A stretch of DNA of 64,000 bases from Actinomycetaceae bacterium. GTDB lineage: Bacteria > Actinomycetota > Actinomycetes > Actinomycetales > Actinomycetaceae. The notes under the pieces were generated by a model. The model did not search any database, was not told the origin of the DNA, and saw only the letters and a program-made list of their open reading frames with translations. Positions 30,365-38,613 of this stretch are shown piece after piece. How positions within the stretch are numbered: the first letter of the stretch is position 1; the number at the start of each line of letters is the position of its first letter. The stretch spans positions 28,147-92,146 of the forward strand of contig JAUNKY010000003.1 of NCBI GenBank assembly GCA_030532515.1. The letters are read 5' to 3'. The position numbers were made by a program, and so were the translations under genes.

Positions 30365-31435
30365 TTAGTCGTGCTTATAGGTAAATGGTGGAACTACAGT
30401 TCCTTCCGCAATGTCAGTATCGTGCAGGAAGCTGTGGGCAATCACTGCGCCGGTACCTACGTGGACATTGCGAAGCGTGGTGTTTGGACCTACCACGGCA
30501 AAAGGCTCAACAACGGTGTCGCCTTCTAAAATGGTGCCGGGTTCGATGCAGGCATCGGGTCCGATTTCAACAGTTACGTCAATGTGGGTGGTGCCTGGAG
30601 AGACGATGGAAACTCCGGCTTTCATGTGTGCGTCAAGGATGCGACGGTTCATTTCGTCGCGCAGTTCGGCCAGTTGCGCGCGGTCGTTACAGCCCTGCGC
30701 CTGCCACTGGTCTTCCAGAATGTAGGCTCCGCAGCGGCGTCCTTCGGCAACGGCGATGGCTACCGTGTCGGTTAGGTAGACTTCGCCCTGGTCGTTATTC
30801 GTTCCGATTTTTTCGAGGGCGCCACGGAGGAATTGGGCATCAAAAGCGTAAATTCCCGCGTTGATTTCGTTAATTTCTCTTTGCTCTTCAGTGGCGTCGC
30901 GGTGTTCAACGATGCCCACCAGGGCTCCGTGGTCACGCACCATTCGCCCGTATCCGGTAGGGTCATCAACTAAGGTGGTTACTACGGTTACGGCATTTTG
31001 GTTGGCTTCATGCAGTGCGTGGAGTTCTTGCAGAGTGTGTGCTTCTAGTAAGGGGACGTCTGCAGAAGTAACGATGATGGTGCCAGTCAGGTCTGCTCGA
31101 AGGGCTTCTAAGCCGCACTGTACGGCGCGTCCGGTGCCGGGAATTTCGTCTTGGTCGGCGATGCGCACGTTTTCGTCCAGGGCTTTAACTACTTCAATGA
31201 CGTTTTCACGTTGGTGGCGGACTACCACTACTACATCGTCTGCGCCGGCTTCGTAGGCGGCGTTGATTGAGTGTCCTACCAGGGGCAGTCCACACATGGT
31301 GTGGAGGACTTTGGGGGTAGCGGATTTCATCCGGGTACCCTGACCGGCGGCGAGTACAATTACTGCACTTGGATGAGTTGGCTCAGCGTTTGGGGTCTGC
31401 GCAGATTCTGGCGACACTACACTTTGGTGGGACAC
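30365..31435 (-). CDS. glmU: GlmU N-terminal part: UDP-GlcNAc pyrophosphorylase domain plus only the first turns of the LbH domain (C-terminally truncated, 356 aa)
   Basis: LAAGQGTRMKS nucleotidyltransferase motif. Ends ~35 bp before prs with no room for the acetyltransferase active-site region. Confidence 0.75.
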   Translation of the reverse strand: MSHQSVVSPESAQTPNAEPTHPSAVIVLAAGQGTRMKSATPKVLHTMCGLPLVGHSINAAYEAGADDVVVVVRHQRENVIEVVKALDENVRIADQDEIPGTGRAVQCGLEALRADLTGTIIVTSADVPLLEAHTLQELHALHEANQNAVTVVTTLVDDPTGYGRMVRDHGALVGIVEHRDATEEQREINEINAGIYAFDAQFLRGALEKIGTNNDQGEVYLTDTVAIAVAEGRRCGAYILEDQWQAQGCNDRAQLAELRDEMNRRILDAHMKAGVSIVSPGTTHIDVTVEIGPDACIEPGTILEGDTVVEPFAVVGPNTTLRNVHVGTGAVIAHSFLHDTDIAEGTVVPPFTYKHD

Positions 31436-31539
31436 TGGGGTGACTCTTTCGAAGTTCGCATTTTTACCCTGGGGTGCGCCCCAGAGTTTGCCTTTGGGGA
31501 CACATCTTTATCTATCATAAGCGGTTTCTTAAGCAAAGT

Positions 31540-31661
31540 GTGAACTGTCCAGATTTTTTGATTTGTTAGCAGAAATCTTTTTTACGTCTTTATTTTTTAA
31601 AAAATATATTATTCCTCAGACATCAGATGACTGGGGGCTAATTTCCGGGTAACATAAATTT
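31540..31661 (+). promoter_or_regulatory. AT-rich leader/promoter region upstream of the sialidase gene
   Basis: Strongly AT-rich (TTTTTTGATTTGTTAGCAGAAATCTTTTTTACGTCTTTATTTTTTAAAAAATATATTATT), unlike flanking DNA. Confidence 0.35.
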
Positions 31662-34600
31662 ATGGAACTCAACGTAGAGACCCGCCGACGGCGATTAGTC
31701 GGCGCATTAACAACCATTACGTTAATCGCAACTCCACTCACCGCACTGCCTTCCGCCTTTGGTGCAGAAGATCAAAATTCGGTGCCAGTCGCAGTCTCTA
31801 GCACTGCACAGGAAGCTTCCGCGCTTCCAAATGTGTCCGTACAAATCACTCCAGCCGAAGATCGCACCTACAATGTGGGCGAAACCATTCGGTTCAATGT
31901 CACGATTACCAACCATACTCCAAATTCCTACGGCATTCAGTTAGAAGCTTCGGAAACAAACCTGGGCAATACCCTTAAATGTCGTTGGTCCCAATTCAGA
32001 GGGAATGGACATTCCGGGAACTGCAATCGCGCTGACTTGCAGCTAACTCACGAAGTCACTGAAGAAGATGCCCGTGCCGGACAGTTCGTACCGTACTACG
32101 TTGTTACGCTCTATGAACCAAAGCCTACTTCAGCTACAGGCTATAAGAAGGTACTCCATAAGCTTCCGCGGGTCGAGCTTAAACCAATTAAAGTTGCAGC
32201 CCCGGGAACCACTAACCCAGCGCCTGCACCACGCGTCGCAGAGATCTCCTTCCAGCTCCGCAGCACCAAACAGGGGCCATGGACTTTGGGTGACTTGCTG
32301 GAATACACGATTCACGTTAAGAACGTCTCGGGCGCAGCCCGCGGTTTCACCCCTATTGATGGCAACTTAGACAAATGGGAAAAGTGCAAGTGGAGCAATC
32401 CCTTCCCAGACCAAACCACTAAGTCAGACTGTAGCTTCGTCACGCACCGCATCACCGCAGAAGACGTCACCCGCGGCTACTTTGAACCCTTCATCACCTA
32501 TCAAGGCGTTCCAAAAGCCGTAGGCGACAAAGTAATCATTCGCCCTGAAGCAATCGCCCTCGAACTAGGAGACGTTACCGGAGTAAAACCGCACTATACT
32601 GCCGGTGACGTACTCAGCTTCCCCGTGAAAGTTATCTCCCGCGGGCAGGAAACCTACACTCTGCGTACCGACGCCAGCAACCTAACTTTCACCGGCGCCA
32701 AATGTGATGGCACGCTGAATACCGGCGCCACCCACAGCTGCGAAGTAGGCACCTACACCATCACCGAAAATGACTTAGAAGCCGGCTACTTCACCCCTAC
32801 CCTCACGGTTACTGCCCTGGGCGCTAATCAAGAAGTTGCAGGCGTAGTGTCCCTAAAAGCCGCTGAAGTTAAACTCCCCCACCAGCACGTGTGGCCAAAA
32901 GCCGGCGCGTTTAAACCTGCTGACTATAATCCCGCAGGTAACGCAGCAGGCGGTCTAACCAAAGAACTGATTATCGCTCAGCAAAACGGCAATAACTTCT
33001 ACCGCATTCCGGCACTCACCGTGGCTCCAAACGGGGACCTGCTGGCGTCCTACGACCACCGGCCAAACCACGCCGGAGACACCCCTAACGCAAACTCCAT
33101 CGTGCAACGTCGTTCCTCTGACAACGGCAAAACCTGGGGTCCAGAAACCTTCGTTGCCAAAGCCCACGGAGTTCCAAACCAGACGCTGGAATCCTTCTCT
33201 GACCCCTCTTACGTAGTGGATTACAAGACCGGTAAGATCTTCAACTTCCACGTGAAGGGCTACAACCGCGGTTGGGGCAACGCTGAATACAGTTTCAATG
33301 GAGATAAAGTGCGCGTTGGGAACCGCAACTCCATGGACCTGCACGTTTCCGTTTCCGACGACAACGGCCGCACTTGGAAACACCAGGTGATCACCGACCA
33401 GTTGCTCAACGGACGTACTGAAACTGTCAAAGCCTTTGCCACCTCTGGCGACGGCATCCAAATCCAGCACGGTACCTACCAAGGACGCCTGGTACAGCCA
33501 GCTGCCTGGGGGCTACGCGATGGCCGCGTCGTAGCTGCAGTTATCTATTCTGACAACGGCGGCGAATCTTGGAAGCTGGGTCAGTGGACCCCTACCCAGG
33601 GTACTGACGGTGTACACCGCTGGGACGAAAATAAGGTCGTTGAACTTTCCGACGGACGTTTGATGATCAACTCCCGCGTTTCTGACGGCCCCGCCACCCG
33701 AGCCCGCGTGCGCGCGATTGCCTACTCTTCTGACGGTGGCGTCACTTGGACTGCTCCACAGACCGAATCGCAACTAACCGACCCGGTTAATAACGCGCAC
33801 ATCATCCGTGCTTTCCCGAACGCCCCACAGGGCTCGGCCAAGGCAAAGATGCTGCTGTTCTCTAACTCTAAGAACGCCTACGCCCGCACCAACGGCACCA
33901 TCACTGTTTCATGTGACGATGGTAAGACTTGGAAGAATGGAAGCGCTAAGGAATACTTCGCCGGACACATGGGTTACTCTTCCATCGCCGTTTTAAATGA
34001 CGGTTCCGTAGGTATCCTCTCTGAAGTTGCCGGTCACTCAATCCGCTTCCAGCGTTTTGACTCCACCTGGCTTGGACAGCAGTGTGACTTGACGGAAACT
34101 AACGTGCAGCCACCTGCTACCCCAGATTTCACCGTAGAAGTTGCGCCCACTCAAAAGCGCGTCTACACCGAAGGGGAAAAGATCTGGTTCCAGATTTCCG
34201 TTCGCAACAATTCCAGCCAGGCATACGGCCTGCAGATTGCCGCAGAAGACACCAACTTGTCGCGTACCGAACGTTGCCGTTGGTCTACTTTTGCCCCGCA
34301 GCAGTCCGGCACCTGCAACAACGACCGGTTGATGGCTTGGCATATTGTTACTTCCGAGGACGTAGCAGCCGGCTCTTTCACCCCGCACTACGCGCTGAGC
34401 CTGTACGAAGCTCAGCCAAGTACCAGCGACCAAATTTACAAGAAACGCCTCTTCACTTTGCCAAAGGTAACTTTGGAACCAGTCCAAGTAGCTCCAGCTC
34501 CACCACAGGCAGAGGTAACGATTCAATTAAATAACCCTAAGACCACTCCGTGGACTAAGGGTGATATTTTGAACTACAGCGTTTTAGTGAAGAACACTTC

Positions 34601-36854
34601 CGGTCGAGCACGCGGATTCCAACCAGAATCTTCAAACCTCACCGACTATGAACGCTGCAGATGGACAGCTCCATTCGCTCATGGCGTCACTAAACGTGAC
34701 TGCGACTTCCTCACCCACGAAATCACCGACGCTGACGTTGCTAACGGTTACTTTGAGCCTCGCATCAAGTACCGTGACGTAGCTGAAACCGTGGGGTCAC
34801 GAGTAACCATTACCCCACCGGTAATCTCAGCCACCCCAGTGCAAATCACTGAAAAGACTGACTACGCCATAGGCGACAAGATTGTTTTCGGCGCGGACAT
34901 CAAGTCTTTGGCGCAGCAGCCTCTCACCCTCCAGTTACAGCGCGCCAACGGTGTAGCTAAGCCAGGTACGTGTGATGGTCCATTGGCTCCGGCAGAAACT
35001 AAACAGTGCCGCGTGGAACACACCATTAGCGAAGATGATTTAATCACTGGTTACTTCACTCCGAAGCTGCAGTTTGCCGCCCTCGAAAATGATGCGGTAG
35101 TCCAAGTTGTGGTAATGCCAAGCAACGCTCTGCCACTGCCAACTACCCACCAGTGGCCGGCTGCCCAGCCATTTAAACCACATAACTTCAATCCCGAGTC
35201 TGCCGCTGCCGGCGGTCTCACGGAAGAAATCATCATTGCCCAACAGCATGGCAAGGTTTACTACCGCATTCCAGCGCTGACCGTGGCAGCCAATGGTGAC
35301 TTGCTGGCGTCCTACGACTACCGTCCAAATGGGGCTGGCGATACGCCGAACCCGAACTCCATCGTGCAACGCCGTTCCAAGGACAATGGCAAAACCTGGG
35401 GTCCAGAAACTTTCATCGCTAAGGCAACTGGCACGCAGTGGAAGGATCTGCATTCCTACTCTGACCCATCCTACGTAGTGGACTATACTACTGGCGCGAT
35501 CTTCAACTTCCACGTGAAGGGCCACGATCGCGGCTGGCACAACGGGGCTCGCTACCGCTTCGATGCCGCTGGTAACACCACCAACGATCACCCAGATGCA
35601 ATGGATTTCCATGTATCTACCTCCACTGACAACGGCTACACCTGGAAGCATCGCGTCATTACCGCTGATATTTTGCAAGGTCGTACCGACGCGGTGAAGG
35701 CCTTTGCAACTTCCGGTGACGGGATTCAGATTCGCCACGGACAGTACAAGGGTCGCCTGTTGCAGCCAGCAGCTTGGCATTTAACTGATGGCACTACCCG
35801 CGCGGCCGTCATCTATTCCGATGACCACGGGCAGACCTGGAAGCTGGGCGAATGGGCTCCAGCCGAGGGCGAAGGTGGACGTCATAATTGGGATGAAAAT
35901 AAGGTGGTGGAACTGGAAGATGGTCGAATTATGATCAACTCCCGAGTTTCTGCTGGCATCGCTAACCAGCTGCGAGTTCGCTTGGTTGCTTACTCTAACG
36001 ATGGCGGCGTCACCTGGGGTGCGCCAACTATCGAAACTGAGTTGACTGACCCGGTTAACAACGCGCATATCATCCGCGCTTTCCCAACTGCGAAGCCGGG
36101 GACTCCTGAGGCGAAGGTGCTGTTGTTCTCTAACGCGAAGCACCCGCGTGCCCGCGTGAATGGTTCTATCACGGTTTCATGTGATTCCGGGCAAACTTGG
36201 AAGAATGATCAGGCAAAGACTTTCTTCGAAGGCCATATGGGTTACTCTTCCCTAGCGATTTTGCGTGACGGAACGGTAGGTGTGCTTTCTGAAGTACAGG
36301 GTCACTCGATCCGATTCCAGCGTTTCGACGCCAGCTGGCTGGGCAAGCAGTGTAACTTGCCAGGGTTGGTTGATGAGGATTACGTGCCGGCTCCAAAGGT
36401 AGCTCCGGTTGTGACTATCGAGGGCGGTCAGGTAGTTCCTGGGAAGCAGATTTCCGGTAGCTTCACCGGCGCGACTCCTAATGGCAAGGTTCGCATTGAG
36501 ATTCACTCTTCCCCGGTTGTCCTGGGCGAGGTAGTTGCCGATGCTACTGGCGCAGGAAGCTTTAGCTTCGTCGTTCCAGCGAATATTCCTGCCGGAGCAC
36601 ATCATATTGTCGCGGTAGACGTAGCTACCAACCAGGCTGGGAAGCAGCCGATTGATGTGAAGGATGCTTCGCAAAGTGGTACTAAGCCGGGTGACGGTAA
36701 GGTGCAGACGCCGCAGAAGCCTAAGGCCCCGGTAGTTCCGAAACCGCAGTCCGCTTTACCAAAGACTGGTGCAGAAATCGCGACTCTCGGTGGCGTTTCT
36801 GTCGCGTTACTAGCTTTGGGCGGTTGGCTGGTTTTGCGTCGCAAAGCTCGCTAA
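31662..36854 (+). CDS. nanH: Cell-wall-anchored exo-alpha-sialidase (GH33) with two tandem complete catalytic modules, each preceded by three Ig-like domains
   Basis: Signal peptide. Two RIP motifs (FYRIPALTVAPNGDLLASYD; VYYRIPALTVAANGDLLASYD), each followed by 4-5 Asp-boxes (SSDNGKTW, SDDNGRTW, SDNGGESW, SSDGGVTW, SCDDGKTW / SKDNGKTW, STDNGYTW, SDDHGQTW, SNDGGVTW, SCDSGQTW). C-terminal LPKTG sorting signal. Confidence 0.85.
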   Translation: MELNVETRRRRLVGALTTITLIATPLTALPSAFGAEDQNSVPVAVSSTAQEASALPNVSVQITPAEDRTYNVGETIRFNVTITNHTPNSYGIQLEASETNLGNTLKCRWSQFRGNGHSGNCNRADLQLTHEVTEEDARAGQFVPYYVVTLYEPKPTSATGYKKVLHKLPRVELKPIKVAAPGTTNPAPAPRVAEISFQLRSTKQGPWTLGDLLEYTIHVKNVSGAARGFTPIDGNLDKWEKCKWSNPFPDQTTKSDCSFVTHRITAEDVTRGYFEPFITYQGVPKAVGDKVIIRPEAIALELGDVTGVKPHYTAGDVLSFPVKVISRGQETYTLRTDASNLTFTGAKCDGTLNTGATHSCEVGTYTITENDLEAGYFTPTLTVTALGANQEVAGVVSLKAAEVKLPHQHVWPKAGAFKPADYNPAGNAAGGLTKELIIAQQNGNNFYRIPALTVAPNGDLLASYDHRPNHAGDTPNANSIVQRRSSDNGKTWGPETFVAKAHGVPNQTLESFSDPSYVVDYKTGKIFNFHVKGYNRGWGNAEYSFNGDKVRVGNRNSMDLHVSVSDDNGRTWKHQVITDQLLNGRTETVKAFATSGDGIQIQHGTYQGRLVQPAAWGLRDGRVVAAVIYSDNGGESWKLGQWTPTQGTDGVHRWDENKVVELSDGRLMINSRVSDGPATRARVRAIAYSSDGGVTWTAPQTESQLTDPVNNAHIIRAFPNAPQGSAKAKMLLFSNSKNAYARTNGTITVSCDDGKTWKNGSAKEYFAGHMGYSSIAVLNDGSVGILSEVAGHSIRFQRFDSTWLGQQCDLTETNVQPPATPDFTVEVAPTQKRVYTEGEKIWFQISVRNNSSQAYGLQIAAEDTNLSRTERCRWSTFAPQQSGTCNNDRLMAWHIVTSEDVAAGSFTPHYALSLYEAQPSTSDQIYKKRLFTLPKVTLEPVQVAPAPPQAEVTIQLNNPKTTPWTKGDILNYSVLVKNTSGRARGFQPESSNLTDYERCRWTAPFAHGVTKRDCDFLTHEITDADVANGYFEPRIKYRDVAETVGSRVTITPPVISATPVQITEKTDYAIGDKIVFGADIKSLAQQPLTLQLQRANGVAKPGTCDGPLAPAETKQCRVEHTISEDDLITGYFTPKLQFAALENDAVVQVVVMPSNALPLPTTHQWPAAQPFKPHNFNPESAAAGGLTEEIIIAQQHGKVYYRIPALTVAANGDLLASYDYRPNGAGDTPNPNSIVQRRSKDNGKTWGPETFIAKATGTQWKDLHSYSDPSYVVDYTTGAIFNFHVKGHDRGWHNGARYRFDAAGNTTNDHPDAMDFHVSTSTDNGYTWKHRVITADILQGRTDAVKAFATSGDGIQIRHGQYKGRLLQPAAWHLTDGTTRAAVIYSDDHGQTWKLGEWAPAEGEGGRHNWDENKVVELEDGRIMINSRVSAGIANQLRVRLVAYSNDGGVTWGAPTIETELTDPVNNAHIIRAFPTAKPGTPEAKVLLFSNAKHPRARVNGSITVSCDSGQTWKNDQAKTFFEGHMGYSSLAILRDGTVGVLSEVQGHSIRFQRFDASWLGKQCNLPGLVDEDYVPAPKVAPVVTIEGGQVVPGKQISGSFTGATPNGKVRIEIHSSPVVLGEVVADATGAGSFSFVVPANIPAGAHHIVAVDVATNQAGKQPIDVKDASQSGTKPGDGKVQTPQKPKAPVVPKPQSALPKTGAEIATLGGVSVALLALGGWLVLRRKAR

Positions 36855-36937
36855 TCTACTGTCTGAGTAAATAGTCTGGGTGGCTGGTAGTTTTCTACCG
36901 GCCACCCAGTTTTTGCGCGTGGCCTTTTGGAGCTCAT

Positions 36938-37071
36938 TTCGCACGGGAAACGGCTTTCGTATGCGAATTGAGAGGGTTTGGGGGCTGAATTCGCACGGGA
37001 AACGGCTTTCGTATGCGAATTGAGAGAGTTTGGGTGCTCATTTCGCACGGGAAACCGCTTTCGTATGCGAA
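36938..37071. repeat. Family B tandem palindromic repeat array, locus 2 (3 units, inverted relative to locus 1)
   Basis: TTCGCACGGGAAACGGCTTTCGTATGCGAA x3 with 22-bp linkers TTGAGAGGGTTTGGGGGCTGAA, which resemble the reverse complement of the locus-1 linker. Confidence 0.85.
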
Positions 37072-37184
37072 ATGAAGGTTGGCGGGCGCCCTCGGGAAAA
37101 TTTTTACGAGGGCGGACCACCCGGGTCTTGCGAAACACTGCCAAGTCTCCGCCCTAAACCGTGCTCCCTCCAAAGAAAAATCCA

Positions 37185-37341
37185 AACTCGTATCAAAATC
37201 GCAAACTGATACGAGTTATCGCCCAAAACCAACGCAAAATGAGGATAACTCGTATCAAAAACTGATTTTGATACGAGTTATGGGTAAAACGGGGGCTAAA
37301 CCAGGGATAACTCGTATCAAAACGCGAATTTGATACGAGTT
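37185..37341. repeat. Family A tandem palindromic repeat array, locus 3 (3 units, inverted orientation)
   Basis: AACTCGTATCAAAATCGCAAACTGATACGAGTT etc. with a 62-bp period; linker contains AAAATGAGGAT, the reverse complement of ATCCTCATTTT in loci 1 and 2. Confidence 0.85.
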
Positions 37342-37517
37342 TCAAAAAAGGGAGCAAAACCGGCGGACATGACGCCCCACCCAGCCCCCCCGAACCGGGC
37401 GCCAAAGCATCCACGCCTGCTGAGCATTGGATCCTGCTGAGCATCGGCGCTTAAAACCTACCGTACCAATCCCAAAAACCGAAAACAAAAAGGGAACTCG
37501 CAAAAGCGAGTTCCCAG

Positions 37518-37592
37518 TGGTTCCGCCCCCAGGATTCGAACCCAGATCTCAAGGCACCAAAGGCCCGCGTCATGCCGTTAGACCAGGGCGGA
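37518..37592 (-). tRNA. tRNA-Gln (anticodon UUG), CCA encoded
   Basis: Reverse complement folds as a cloverleaf: acceptor stem TCCGCCC/GGGCGGA (U1-A72, typical of bacterial tRNA-Gln), T-loop GGTTCGAAT, anticodon loop CUUUGGU, 3' ACCA. Confidence 0.6.
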
Positions 37593-37857
37593 AGCTTTTA
37601 CTATTGTGCCACATCGAAGTGGATTCGCACAATTGCAGGCTGTGTAGCCCCGCAGAAAGCCACGCCCACCAACAGAACGGCTACATAAGAAAGCCACGCC
37701 CACCTGCAGAACGGCTACATATGAAAGCCACACCCCTCCCGAAAACAGGACTAATCCCACAAATGCTGTTGCATAATCAGGGAAAACCCTGACAGCTTAT
37801 TCCCAGGTACGCCCGCTACAATTAGAAAAAAGCTATCGAACATAGAGGTAACAAGTT

Positions 37858-38613
37858 ATGAATGTACCCGCAATTGAATTGCGAAATCTAACCAAAGTAT
37901 TCGGAAATACGGTGGCCGTTGGCAACATCAGCCTCAGCATTCCAAAAGGCTCTTTCTTCGGTGTGGTGGGTCCCAACGGCGCTGGTAAAACCACATCTTT
38001 AAATATGGCTACCGGCTTGCTGATCCCCGACCAAGGTACAGCTTTCATCAATGGCATTGATATGTGGCAAAACCCCGGCGAAGCCAAGGCACTGCTGGGG
38101 GTTATGCCTGACGGTATGCGACTATTCGACCGCCTTTCCGGCCCGGCCCTTGTCACCTATTTCGGTATGCTGCGCGGCCTTTCCAAGGCTGAAGCAGAAG
38201 CCCGCGCTACCTCTTTGATCGAGGTTCTGGGTCTGGCTGAAGCTGGCGACAAACTGGTGGTTGACTACTCGGCTGGTATGACTAAGAAAATTACTTTGGC
38301 GTGCGCCCTCGTACATAATCCGCAGGTGCTGGTACTGGACGAACCATTCGAAGCTGTCGATCCAATTTCTGCGGCTACCATCCGCGAAATTCTCAATAAT
38401 TTCGTTGCCAACGGTGGCACTGTGGTCCTTTCCAGCCACGTGATGGAAACCGTCCAAAAGCTATGCACCCACGTAGCTATCTTCAACCAAGGGCGAATTC
38501 TGGCTGCCGGCACCACTGCCGACGTAGCAGCTGGCATGGATCTGGGCGAACGTTTCGCTCAGCTGATTGGTGGCGTAAAGTCCACGGAAGGTTTGGAATG
38601 GCTGCGTCACTGA
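37858..38613 (+). CDS. ABC transporter ATP-binding protein (ABC-2 / DrrA-like exporter type)
   Basis: Walker A GPNGAGKTT, signature YSAGMTKK, Walker B VLVLDEP. Confidence 0.85.
   Translation: MNVPAIELRNLTKVFGNTVAVGNISLSIPKGSFFGVVGPNGAGKTTSLNMATGLLIPDQGTAFINGIDMWQNPGEAKALLGVMPDGMRLFDRLSGPALVTYFGMLRGLSKAEAEARATSLIEVLGLAEAGDKLVVDYSAGMTKKITLACALVHNPQVLVLDEPFEAVDPISAATIREILNNFVANGGTVVLSSHVMETVQKLCTHVAIFNQGRILAAGTTADVAAGMDLGERFAQLIGGVKSTEGLEWLRH

Noticed and set aside
37518-37592. tRNA on the plus strand, or alternative identities (Pro/Glu)
   Set aside because: TTCGAA is self-complementary, but only the minus-strand reading places the T-loop 3' of the anticodon arm and gives an acceptor stem with ACCA. 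The 7-nt loop CUUUGGU gives anticodon UUG (Gln). Identity is still only moderately confident because several stem pairs are wobbles.
38463-38597. Upstream extension of the ABC-2 permease ORF (615-aa version)
   Set aside because: The extension overlaps the ATPase gene in another frame and is Arg/Ser-rich junk. ATG at 38598 gives a normal stop-start overlap.
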